DNA of 64,000 nt from a virus (lineage: Duplodnaviria > Caudoviricetes), in IMG/VR virus record IMGVR_UViG_3300028277_000003, positions 1,436 through 65,435 of that record, one strand, 5' to 3'. Made by a program: the position numbers and the translations under genes. This document shows positions 7,830-16,535 of this stretch, piece by piece; the first letter of the stretch is position 1; every line of letters begins with the position of its first letter. The notes below the pieces were generated by a model that saw only the letters and a list, made by a program, of their open reading frames with translations, had not been told where the DNA came from and ran no database searches.

Positions 7830-8117
7830 ATGGTGCTACCCGGACAACTAATTCCTTCTCCTTTGCGTATATTTCGCAATGTTGGTGATGACTCGGTAGA
7901 AGAAACTCTTCGAGCAATGCATTTAGCAAACACCGTCGATAATACATATGAATGGGGCATTGGTTGGATTAGAACCGTACTCGTATCTTTTATCGCTGTT
8001 ATGTGTGTATCTGCTATGGAAGCAAATTCAGATTGGAATCTTTGGGAATTAACAGTTGAATGGTGGTATCAAAAAGCAGCAGACTTTGGTTCTTGGCTTA
8101 CTAATAAGTTTAGTTGA
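7830..8117 (+). CDS. Small membrane protein
   Basis: TM segment WGIGWIRTVLVSFIAVMCVSAM and a Trp-rich amphipathic C-terminus. Confidence 0.75.
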   Translation: MVLPGQLIPSPLRIFRNVGDDSVEETLRAMHLANTVDNTYEWGIGWIRTVLVSFIAVMCVSAMEANSDWNLWELTVEWWYQKAADFGSWLTNKFS

Positions 8118-8123
8118 TGCTTT

Positions 8124-8840
8124 ATGGTTGCTGCTAGTGGTAGTGTATTAGTGGGCGTGGCCTTGTATGGTAAACAGGCATATAATAATTGGAAATCACG
8201 AAGAGTAGGGATTTATGGCGCAACTATGGTCGGTAAGACGACTTTAGATAAATACATGACCACTCCGGGCGAAATGGAAGAAATACCCGAACATGAAAGA
8301 ACTACACATTTCAAATTAGTCACTCGTTATATATTACCCAAACCCACTCGTAAAAGAGTTCGTTGGGAAGGTGAGAGAAGGGTTATTCATTCTGCTGACA
8401 TAGGTGGTGAAGAGCGTTTTTGGAATCTTTGGATTGATGATATGGTAAATAGACAATGTGAGTACGTTATATTCATGTTTGACGATAGAGCGTTTCGAGG
8501 AGGGGATGAGGCTTTACAGCAAATAGGAGGATTCAGATTCTTAGTAGACAGTATAATAAACAGAAATTATAGGTATAGAAATTGGAAGAGTTGGAGAAGA
8601 GGTAAGAAATACGTACCTAAGATGATATTACTAGTTGCAAATAAAGCAGATAGGTATTTTGATGAAAAGGCAGCACAGTTGTGGAGAGAGGGTAGAATTG
8701 GAGAACATAAGATTTTTGACCCTTTTAGAGAAGACCTAATTAGATTACAAAAAGCAGGCGTACCAACACGTCGTTCGTTCATGGCTACGCGTATAGGTTG
8801 GAACGTAGAAAACACATTATTAGAGATGATAGATTACTGA
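8124..8840 (+). CDS. Ras-superfamily (Arf/Rab-like) small GTPase with N-terminal hydrophobic anchor
   Basis: G1 GATMVGKTT, G2 candidate ERTT, G3 DIGGEERFWNLW, YVIFMFD, G4 LLVANKAD, G5-like MATRIGWNVE. Confidence 0.85.
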   Translation: MVAASGSVLVGVALYGKQAYNNWKSRRVGIYGATMVGKTTLDKYMTTPGEMEEIPEHERTTHFKLVTRYILPKPTRKRVRWEGERRVIHSADIGGEERFWNLWIDDMVNRQCEYVIFMFDDRAFRGGDEALQQIGGFRFLVDSIINRNYRYRNWKSWRRGKKYVPKMILLVANKADRYFDEKAAQLWREGRIGEHKIFDPFREDLIRLQKAGVPTRRSFMATRIGWNVENTLLEMIDY

Positions 8841-8854
8841 CCTCAAAAGTGACC

Positions 8855-8862
8855 TTTTTAAT
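8855..8862 (+). promoter_or_regulatory. Candidate archaeal TATA box for a (near-)leaderless transcript
   Basis: TTTTTAAT about 25 nt upstream of ATG 8884 in a short intergenic gap, preceded by purine-rich CAAAAG (BRE-like). Confidence 0.45.
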
Positions 8863-8883
8863 GTGGTAGGGTGTGGGAGTAAC

Positions 8884-9063
8884 ATGGGGAAGGGGACGAC
8901 GACTACTGCATTAGTTTCCACAGGAGGCTCTAGTAATTCACTTAGAACTACTATTCCTATGTGGATTGTAGAGCAGTTTGGTCTATCTGCTGGCTCTAAA
9001 ATAGAATGGACTTTAGAAGTTAAAAATGGGGAAATGTCTATTTCAGTATGCCCACAGGAATGA
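8884..9063 (+). CDS. AbrB/MazE/SpoVT-type DNA-binding protein
   Basis: SLRTTIPMWIVEQFGLSAGSKIEW matches the swapped-hairpin consensus; ATG 8884 preferred over GTG 8863. Confidence 0.8.
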   Translation: MGKGTTTTALVSTGGSSNSLRTTIPMWIVEQFGLSAGSKIEWTLEVKNGEMSISVCPQE

Positions 9064-10037
9064 TACATATGGTAATGGGAATGAATCCTTTCTATAATCC
9101 ACAACAACAAAATCTTGGTCAAGTAAATGACGCTACATTAATGGCGTTGTCACAACAAGGAAATCCAAATTTTTCACACGCTGCTCTAATGGAACAAGCG
9201 TCTGCACAACAACAAATGCAAAGAATGGCAGCAGAAAAAAATATAGAAGTTCCTAAAGTAAACTTCTATCCTTCCCGTCACGCTAATCCATACAAAGCAA
9301 GAAAACTAGATATTCGTCAAGCGTACAAACTTTTGGCTCCTACAAAACGTGCTTTTTTTGACCCTAGAAGATTATTTCGCCATAGTAAATATATGTATAA
9401 TAAAGATACTGCTGTATGTTGTGTAGATGGTTGTAATGTGAAACAATTAATACAACATGATAATTTATATTCTAGAATAACTGATGAAGAGAGCGGTAGA
9501 ACACTTTGGGATATGTATTGGCAGAATCCAGTTACCGGAGAGTCTGAAGCGTTTATTGCTAGAGAGGGAGTAACTAGTGGTCGTAAAATGAGGGCTACCT
9601 ATTGTCCTGAGCATTTACATTTGTATCATTTGTTATGTAGGTGGGAAGACCAACAAGATATTGAAGATGAAATGAAACCTAGTCGTTTCCGTGATAAAAT
9701 AAAAAGAGGAGTTAGTATAGTTACGGTACCGATATCTACTGTTACTGGTGGGCAACAGGGACCAACACACCCTATGATTACAAAATACGAAGGCTTCTTT
9801 GCAGAAATATCAGCAGATGCTAGAGGTAGTAATGGTATTAGTATGCAACATTATACTAATCCGGTTACTGGAGATAATGATATAACAACTATAACATTTG
9901 ACATGAGAATGTTCCAAAAAGAATTAATGGAAATGAATCAAACAAATCCAGCATTTCAGGATGTTCTAAACCAACAGGCTCAAGTCCTTAACCCTGCTCC
10001 GACGATACCGGAAGCAGTAATGGAGGGTATGCAATGA
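9060..10037 (+). CDS. Hypothetical protein, Q-rich N-terminus, putative Zn site
   Basis: Long ORF with ATGA coupling at 9060 (start could be 9069); CCVDGC ... YCPEH ligand pattern. Confidence 0.75.
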   Translation: MIHMVMGMNPFYNPQQQNLGQVNDATLMALSQQGNPNFSHAALMEQASAQQQMQRMAAEKNIEVPKVNFYPSRHANPYKARKLDIRQAYKLLAPTKRAFFDPRRLFRHSKYMYNKDTAVCCVDGCNVKQLIQHDNLYSRITDEESGRTLWDMYWQNPVTGESEAFIAREGVTSGRKMRATYCPEHLHLYHLLCRWEDQQDIEDEMKPSRFRDKIKRGVSIVTVPISTVTGGQQGPTHPMITKYEGFFAEISADARGSNGISMQHYTNPVTGDNDITTITFDMRMFQKELMEMNQTNPAFQDVLNQQAQVLNPAPTIPEAVMEGMQ

Positions 10038-10678
10038 CTATGGGATGGAACAATCAACAGCCAACTACTAATGCGTTAAATCTTAGTCAAACAGGTGCAC
10101 CTATGGGTGGGTATAACGGCGGCTACTCAGCCCCACAACAAGGTTGGTATCAAACTCCACAACAACCCGGAATGTTAAATTCTATGTTTGCTGGTGCAAC
10201 TGGTCAAGACCCGTATAATCAACAAGCCATACTACCACCAAGTGAGACTGAGATTTTAATGACCATGTTAAACACTTCTTATCCAGTAGAAAGATTTCTT
10301 CAATCCCCAATCTTTCCTATGCTTTTAGAAGTTATTAGTCAGATTAATACATTTTCATTACTAAATGTAATTAAAAATGCTAGTTATAATTTTGATGAAG
10401 AGGCTGGTGTTTTTACATTAGATACTGCTAGTTTACCAACTGAACTACAAACTATGAGTTCAGAAAATATAATGTCACAAATGAACTCTATGACTAATAT
10501 GATTAATCAAACAGTTTCAAATGCAGATACACAGAGACAGCAAACAATGCAAAATGCACAACAGAGTATGCTACAAAATCAATTGTCTAATGCTCTGATG
10601 GACCCCGGTATATTAAATAATGCAGCACAAGGTACTGGTACTTTCTTCCGTAGTTTCTTAACAGGTGGAAGAGCATAA
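10034..10678 (+). CDS. Q/N/M/G-rich hypothetical protein
   Basis: GGAGG RBS, ATGA overlap, 214 aa; low-complexity ends around a helical core. Confidence 0.75.
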   Translation: MTMGWNNQQPTTNALNLSQTGAPMGGYNGGYSAPQQGWYQTPQQPGMLNSMFAGATGQDPYNQQAILPPSETEILMTMLNTSYPVERFLQSPIFPMLLEVISQINTFSLLNVIKNASYNFDEEAGVFTLDTASLPTELQTMSSENIMSQMNSMTNMINQTVSNADTQRQQTMQNAQQSMLQNQLSNALMDPGILNNAAQGTGTFFRSFLTGGRA

Positions 10679-10947
10679 TGTTAGGTGGCAATGCCTCTAG
10701 TAATTTTGGTGTACCAGTACCAAGACAAATAGCAGATATGTCAATGCATATGCTTGCGCCAAAAAGAGAAGTAATTGTAGATATGGTAATGGTACAATTA
10801 ATTAGTGCTATACTTATATTCATGGGGATTTTAATATTCAAAAATGGCGATATTAACCAAGGAGAAATGTCTATGTATTTGGTAGGAGTCTTTTTGTCCT
10901 TTATTCTCTTGACATCTATATATCAGCGAATAACGCGGTTTGTGTAA
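10678..10947 (+). CDS. Small 2-TM membrane protein
   Basis: Hydrophobic MVMVQLISAILIFMGILIF and MYLVGVFLSFILLTSIY; TAATG overlap with the previous gene. Confidence 0.75.
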   Translation: MLGGNASSNFGVPVPRQIADMSMHMLAPKREVIVDMVMVQLISAILIFMGILIFKNGDINQGEMSMYLVGVFLSFILLTSIYQRITRFV

Positions 10948-10955
10948 GCAATAGT

Positions 10956-10963
10956 GATTAAGC
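10956..10963 (+). promoter_or_regulatory. Candidate TATA box
   Basis: GATTAAGC about 25 nt upstream of ATG 10984, which sits in the same AACATG context as 8884. Confidence 0.35.
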
Positions 10964-10983
10964 ACACCTTACTCCGCATTAAC

Positions 10984-11667
10984 ATGGTTGAGCGAGAGCC
11001 AGTTATGAAACGTTCCTGTGCATTCTGTCAAAACGATGACAGAGTGGGTTTGGAAGAGGCCATTAAAAATGGTGAATTATCTTGTGCTCAATTAGATAAA
11101 GATATGAGTTGGAGGTCTAATACTGCCGACCGTCATTATCGTAATCACATGGGTCAATACCATATGGCTGCAAATCCATCTTGTTCTATTTGTTCAAGTG
11201 AAAATAGAGCAGATTATGAAAACAGATTCTTTACCGATGGTACTGAATCAGAATTAATAGCAGAAGAATTAGAAATTAAGGAGACTACAGTATATCATCA
11301 TATGAAGCATCACTTTCAACCGTTAGTTCAACGCTCGGCAGCGACAGAAGTTGCAATTACAGTCGGAAATGAAATTACAGTATTACGAAGTAATGTCGAA
11401 AAACTCAACGGAAAACTTTCAGAATTAATGGATGAAGGGAGCGTACATGAAGAAGGGTTTGTGAGAAATGCAGTAACTTTACATAAAGAAGTAAGAGAAT
11501 CAATAAAAGATTTAACCGGCTTCCAAGATAAATGGGGTACACAAATAGACGGTACTCAGGTAAATCAAACAATCAATATACTAAAAATAGAATTAGCAAA
11601 AGAAAGTCCTGAAAGTTGGAAAAGAATCAAAAGTAAGTTACAGGCAGAAATGGAGGAAGTTATATGA
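10984..11667 (+). CDS. Duplicated CxxC/HxxxH zinc-HTH protein with coiled coil; candidate terminase small subunit
   Basis: CAFC...RHYRNH and CSIC...HHMKHH repeats, each enclosing an HTH-like segment; then a coiled coil and the NQTINIL beta-tail. Confidence 0.5.
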   Translation: MVEREPVMKRSCAFCQNDDRVGLEEAIKNGELSCAQLDKDMSWRSNTADRHYRNHMGQYHMAANPSCSICSSENRADYENRFFTDGTESELIAEELEIKETTVYHHMKHHFQPLVQRSAATEVAITVGNEITVLRSNVEKLNGKLSELMDEGSVHEEGFVRNAVTLHKEVRESIKDLTGFQDKWGTQIDGTQVNQTINILKIELAKESPESWKRIKSKLQAEMEEVI

Positions 11668-12068
11668 TACCTGTGTCAGACTTAATGCAAGTCCAACATC
11701 CGGGTTATCGTACTTTTATACAATCTAATAATATGTCTGCTATACATTATCCTTTATTTTTTGATTATTGTATATGTGTGTCAGAAAGATTTAGACATTA
11801 TGCATATCAAGAGGCTAATGTACTAATTAATGAAAATAGTCTAATGCACATAATAGATTGTATAAAGCAATTAGACGATACAGATGAGCCTGAAATAGTA
11901 TTACCGTTAAGAGAACAAATAAGACATTCATGTTACGAGTTCTTAGAACATTGTAATGATATGTCTACTAAATTCAAAAGCCCAACCAGTATTTCTTTAT
12001 TCTACAATGAGTTAGGACAACTCGTGATGCAAACTGCTTTTGAATTTGCGGGGGTACAACATGACTAA
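11664..12068 (+). CDS. Hypothetical protein
   Basis: GGAGG RBS, ATGA overlap, 134 aa. Confidence 0.7.
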   Translation: MIPVSDLMQVQHPGYRTFIQSNNMSAIHYPLFFDYCICVSERFRHYAYQEANVLINENSLMHIIDCIKQLDDTDEPEIVLPLREQIRHSCYEFLEHCNDMSTKFKSPTSISLFYNELGQLVMQTAFEFAGVQHD

Positions 12069-13461
12069 GCCAGTTAAGATTTTGAAGTCAGGTATGACAA
12101 GTACTGGTAGCGATACTCGTATGTATGGACCGAGAGGCGAATCCTCTCACATGTTCCGTAGTAATCATGAAGATGAAGGGGATGTTTACGGAGCAGAAGG
12201 TGGTGAATATCGTGATGCGAGAATTGACCGCAAAAAGAAAGAGCGTAAAGAAAGAGAATCTGAAATGAATAAGTTAAGACATATTTCAGTAACTACAGCA
12301 GATTTACCTCCTGAAGACGAGGAAGAAAAAGATGAAGACTTAGAACCAACAAAATTCGATAATGAACTTGAGCCTTCTTTAATGACCGGTACTCCGGGTA
12401 ATTTCGGTGCTATGACTAGTATGGCTAATCAGGCTAGAGGACCGGGTTTTGCCGGTGGGCATAATTTTGCTATGGGAGAACCAATGGACATAGCCTTCCA
12501 GTTATTGAAAGGCGGGAGAGCCGGTTTTATAGGTAAAAAACCAAAGAGGGAAAAGGGTGCCAAAGCAAGAAGAGCGCATAAAGAAAGGCAGAAGAAATGG
12601 CGGCCTTCGACTGGAGAGTTCAAGAGACCTCCGGGTGGTATGACACCTGCTAGTGCTACATCTAGAAGAGCAAAGGCAAGAATGCGAGGTATTGCTGGTA
12701 GCAAGAAAACAGGGTTAGGTAGAGCACATCTTGCTGTCGAGATGTCTCACAGAGGTGTAAAAACTAAACAGCCTATGTCAAAAGATGTAAAGAGATATAG
12801 ACAATACCTAGGTCAGTCCGAAGCAAGAAAGCGTTTAGGTAACATACGAACTGTATCTTCTACACCTTCTAGATTTGGTGCACGTTCATACAAAGCGGGG
12901 TTAACTGGCGGTGGTACACTACAAAGTCTACTCCCCGGACAAGCCCAACAAATGAGAAGACCATCACTTAGGTCAATTAGACCTCCACCATTAATGCCAC
13001 CTACTGCACCAAACAGACCTACTTTACCTTCACCTTCCATACCGAGTCCTCCTGTAATGTCCCAACCAAGAATGGGAGTTGGGGTACAAAGTATGGCCGG
13101 CCAAAGTCCAAGTTACAGACCTAAGTTACCTAGTTCTTCGATACAAGGTGCACCTGTAATGACTGGTGAGATTGGAGAAGGTAGTGAACTACAAAAAAGG
13201 GGACTATCATACTACGACACCACAGAATTAAGACAATTACTCCTTGATGCTAAAAGAGCCTTGAACCGTAAAGAGAATAAGAAAAAAGGTAAAGGGGAGA
13301 AAAGCGTAGATGCTGCTAGTCATTTACCTGCCCATACAGAAGCAGGCCCGAAACAGACCACAAGACCTGAAGGCGCTACAGAAGATGCAAATAATGAGCC
13401 TCGCACATTTGGTATTAATCCTTTAGACCATCTTACAAGTAGAGGCGGTAGAACACCTTGA
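12061..13461 (+). CDS. Tagged low-complexity protein with acidic, basic and Pro-rich segments; probable internal head protein
   Basis: ATG 12061 after GGGGT; contains a PMDIAFQLLK copy separating an acidic N-terminal part from an R/K-rich part. Confidence 0.75.
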   Translation: MTKPVKILKSGMTSTGSDTRMYGPRGESSHMFRSNHEDEGDVYGAEGGEYRDARIDRKKKERKERESEMNKLRHISVTTADLPPEDEEEKDEDLEPTKFDNELEPSLMTGTPGNFGAMTSMANQARGPGFAGGHNFAMGEPMDIAFQLLKGGRAGFIGKKPKREKGAKARRAHKERQKKWRPSTGEFKRPPGGMTPASATSRRAKARMRGIAGSKKTGLGRAHLAVEMSHRGVKTKQPMSKDVKRYRQYLGQSEARKRLGNIRTVSSTPSRFGARSYKAGLTGGGTLQSLLPGQAQQMRRPSLRSIRPPPLMPPTAPNRPTLPSPSIPSPPVMSQPRMGVGVQSMAGQSPSYRPKLPSSSIQGAPVMTGEIGEGSELQKRGLSYYDTTELRQLLLDAKRALNRKENKKKGKGEKSVDAASHLPAHTEAGPKQTTRPEGATEDANNEPRTFGINPLDHLTSRGGRTP

Positions 13462-15872
13462 TTGACTCATTCATCATAATGAAATCTCTTTTACTTAGAA
13501 AGGGAGACGGTAATTACAACCTGTTTGCAGGCCAATTACAAGCCTTGAGATACCCTCCACCTGATTCTCATAATCCTGACCCTGACAGAATGGATATTCC
13601 AGCATTCGCACACACCGGAGCACATGGTGAAAACGAATCAGGTATTCCCGGCGTAGGTCACGTATACCCCGGTCAATGGAAAAAAGGAATGCATGATGAA
13701 AATGTCTACGGCGATGAATCAGGCGGAGAACACATGCATGGTATTGACGGCATTATACGAGCAGTTGGTGATTCTCTTTTACAACACGGTATTAAAGTAC
13801 CTGCTAAAGATGTAATACAAAAAGCCATAGACATGCATAATCAAGACCATAAAGAAAATAATCATTTACCAAATGTAGATGACGTTGCTTGGAGAAAAAT
13901 ACATTTATCGCCATTAACAGAACAAGACCATAGAGTTAGAAGTAATTATGACCAAGATGGTAATTTAACAACAACATACACTAATATGCATGGTGATGAC
14001 CATAGAAATGGTACTTATTTAGAATCTTATGCAGTACCGTTCAATAATCAACTTGGTCAAGTTATGGGTGAGTTAGGTCATCCTACACCTAACCAACATA
14101 GTTGGATAAAGAAACCTTACGTTAAACCACATAGATTACATTTAGTTCCTGATGGAGAGGGCGGAATGGAATTTGGCGCACAAGCGGTTGACACAGGTAA
14201 AGTAACTGATGGGAGAATACAACCGAGTCAAGCAGCAAAATGGGGAGGTAGAATGCCTGATAGTAGAGCCTTTCAAAATATATCATCTTGGGGTATTGCA
14301 CATCATTACCCAAACACATATTACATTCCTCAAAGAGACGCAGCCCCCGGACAAAAAAGCCAACCAAGAACACAAACAATTAATAGTTTTCTTCATCATA
14401 TGGCTTTAACGACTGGGAAAGACAGAGATGGTATTCTGAGTAATCTGATAGTTGATAGTTCAGGTGCTATGAAACATTTAGCAAACATACCGGGAGAAAT
14501 AAACGGTAAACCGATAAAAGCGTTATTACAAACCCCTGAAGGACAATTAGAGGCAGCAAAATATTTCTCTCAGTTTCCAGCATTTCAAGCAGTTTATGGA
14601 GAAAATAGAAATCCTAAATTTAATGAAGACGGTAGTGTGAAACAACCGGGTCAAACTGTTGGAAGAATGAATCATTTTTATGGTCAAAGATATGGTGATA
14701 CAGCAGAAGAAGGAAAAGGATTCGACCACTTTATGAGCCATAGTAGTAAAATTGGTGTTGAACACCAATTAACTGGTAAAATAGGCCATCATAATAGAGC
14801 AAAAGATGCTTGGAGTAATGTTGTGCTTGCAGCATCGCAAGGAATTAACCACATGGATGATGAAATATCTCCTGAGGATTTACAGGCCGCTAATATTAAT
14901 TTGTACGATACTCCTGAAACTAGGGCTAATGCTCCAAATATAAAAGCAATATTAGACCATTTGTTTCACACCCACACTATAGCAGGTGGACACGAAAGAA
15001 AAGAAATACCTACACAAGAAGAATTACAACAACTACAACCTATTGTAGATAATATAATTCAAGGTGGAACACATGAAGATAGAACTCAACTTGGCGTACC
15101 CGACTATATTAGATATTCAGAGATGCCTAATTCTATGACACCTGTGGGTGCATCTATGCAACCCGAAGAAAGTTCGTTAAAACCTAGAGATGGAAACGCA
15201 AAGGGTCAAGGCGGTGCACCTCTTCCGATTACCGGCGGGGCGGCGACGGCTGCAACTAATGCCGCACCACCACCTCAAACTCCACCTCAAACTCCACCAC
15301 CAGTCAGACAACTACAAGTAAACCCGAATACGCCGGGTTTAAACCCTGAGCAACAAATGAGAGCAAAGTTTGGTAACTCATCTCCTGAAACAGTTCAGAA
15401 TGTTATGTCTAGATTACCTCAATCACAATACCATCCTCAACAAGCGCAGACACTTTACCCCGGAGAAGCCCAAGTACCACCAGTCGGCGTATTATCTCCT
15501 CAAAGACAACAGCAAAGACAACAAGAGTTTCAACAAAATATGGGTGACCCCTACCAACGTTTTCTTTCTGACTATCCTACTAAAAGTAAAGATGGACATA
15601 ATGCTGCCATGGATAGATTAATCAAAGCGGTAGAAATTCTACAAATAGAAGATGCAAGAAGCGATGACGAAATAATCAAACACATGCCTTCAGTACAATT
15701 AAGTGTAAATTCAATTACAGATATTCTATATTTAGCGAAAATGTTAGAGATTACATCTATGGATGTTAGTACAATATTAAACACTAAAGGCGATTGGCAA
15801 AGAATATCTAAGACATACGGATACTCTGACAGAGTAGTAAAAGTCGTCAAGGTTTCATTCGGAGGTGTCTAG
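13458..15872 (+). CDS. Large His/Gln/Pro-rich hypothetical protein, probable internal virion protein
   Basis: 804-aa ORF with TTGA coupling; LLRK-G near the N-terminus, LIK-A near the C-terminus, PPQT repeats. Confidence 0.75.
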   Translation: MIDSFIIMKSLLLRKGDGNYNLFAGQLQALRYPPPDSHNPDPDRMDIPAFAHTGAHGENESGIPGVGHVYPGQWKKGMHDENVYGDESGGEHMHGIDGIIRAVGDSLLQHGIKVPAKDVIQKAIDMHNQDHKENNHLPNVDDVAWRKIHLSPLTEQDHRVRSNYDQDGNLTTTYTNMHGDDHRNGTYLESYAVPFNNQLGQVMGELGHPTPNQHSWIKKPYVKPHRLHLVPDGEGGMEFGAQAVDTGKVTDGRIQPSQAAKWGGRMPDSRAFQNISSWGIAHHYPNTYYIPQRDAAPGQKSQPRTQTINSFLHHMALTTGKDRDGILSNLIVDSSGAMKHLANIPGEINGKPIKALLQTPEGQLEAAKYFSQFPAFQAVYGENRNPKFNEDGSVKQPGQTVGRMNHFYGQRYGDTAEEGKGFDHFMSHSSKIGVEHQLTGKIGHHNRAKDAWSNVVLAASQGINHMDDEISPEDLQAANINLYDTPETRANAPNIKAILDHLFHTHTIAGGHERKEIPTQEELQQLQPIVDNIIQGGTHEDRTQLGVPDYIRYSEMPNSMTPVGASMQPEESSLKPRDGNAKGQGGAPLPITGGAATAATNAAPPPQTPPQTPPPVRQLQVNPNTPGLNPEQQMRAKFGNSSPETVQNVMSRLPQSQYHPQQAQTLYPGEAQVPPVGVLSPQRQQQRQQEFQQNMGDPYQRFLSDYPTKSKDGHNAAMDRLIKAVEILQIEDARSDDEIIKHMPSVQLSVNSITDILYLAKMLEITSMDVSTILNTKGDWQRISKTYGYSDRVVKVVKVSFGGV

Positions 15873-16535
15873 ATGGGTAAGGTCTATGTTTTAAGAAAAG
15901 ACGCCGATGCTAATCAATCGTCAGCCTTTATGATGGGCGGCGGCCAATCGGGAGGCGGTTTAGGAAACGTCATGTATAATCTACCAAATTGGGTTACACC
16001 TGAGGAAGCGGTTTATGGAACGTATGACAAACAGGGCAACGTCACATCGCCCGGAGCATTACCCACGGATGGTACTGCCACTCGCGAACAAGGTAAACAT
16101 GCAGAGAAATGGGCTAGAGGATTAGGCAGAGCGGGTCTATATGCTGGTGCTGGGTTAGGCGGTCTTAGCGCATTTTACAATTTGAGTTCTAGCGGTCAAC
16201 CGCTTGACTTTAGTGGGATGGCAAATATAGGTACTGCTGCTTATACTGGGGGACGGACTGCACAACCGTATTCTACCACTTTAGGAGCACGAATCGGGGT
16301 AAGAAGAGGAAGAGGAACGGGTACACCTGAGAATAATACTACTGTGCCTACAATCGCCTCTCCAAAACAATTACCTCCTCCTCGGACAATAGATGCTGAG
16401 TTTACAGAAGAAGAAGCGATGTCGCCTACTAATTCTGCAATGGATTCTTTACGAGAGGAGAGTAGAAAACAAAATTGGTTTAATAATAATGATAATTATC
16501 ATCCAATGAATGCTTTACGACAGGAGTATCCATGA
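15873..16535 (+). CDS. Gly-rich protein with glycine-zipper hydrophobic segment
   Basis: GGAGGTG RBS; MGKVYVLRK-D start; GLGRAGLYAGAGLGGLSAFY. Confidence 0.75.
   Translation: MGKVYVLRKDADANQSSAFMMGGGQSGGGLGNVMYNLPNWVTPEEAVYGTYDKQGNVTSPGALPTDGTATREQGKHAEKWARGLGRAGLYAGAGLGGLSAFYNLSSSGQPLDFSGMANIGTAAYTGGRTAQPYSTTLGARIGVRRGRGTGTPENNTTVPTIASPKQLPPPRTIDAEFTEEEAMSPTNSAMDSLREESRKQNWFNNNDNYHPMNALRQEYP

Larger units (their letters stand above)
5288..12510 (+). repeat. Dispersed 30-bp repeat encoding PM[DH]IAFQLLK: 5288-5317, 5804-5833, 6392-6421, 12481-12510
   Basis: ccaatg(g/c)acatagccttccagtt(g/a)(c/t)tNaa(g/a) in four in-frame copies across two genes. Confidence 0.95.

Noticed and set aside
8884-10037. 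AbrB gene as the antitoxin of a toxin-antitoxin pair
   Set aside because: The downstream ORF is about 325 aa and shows no PIN, MazF or Doc motifs
10678-10947. Holin call for the 2-TM protein
   Set aside because: Size and topology fit, but there is no adjacent endolysin or sequence signature; left as a membrane protein
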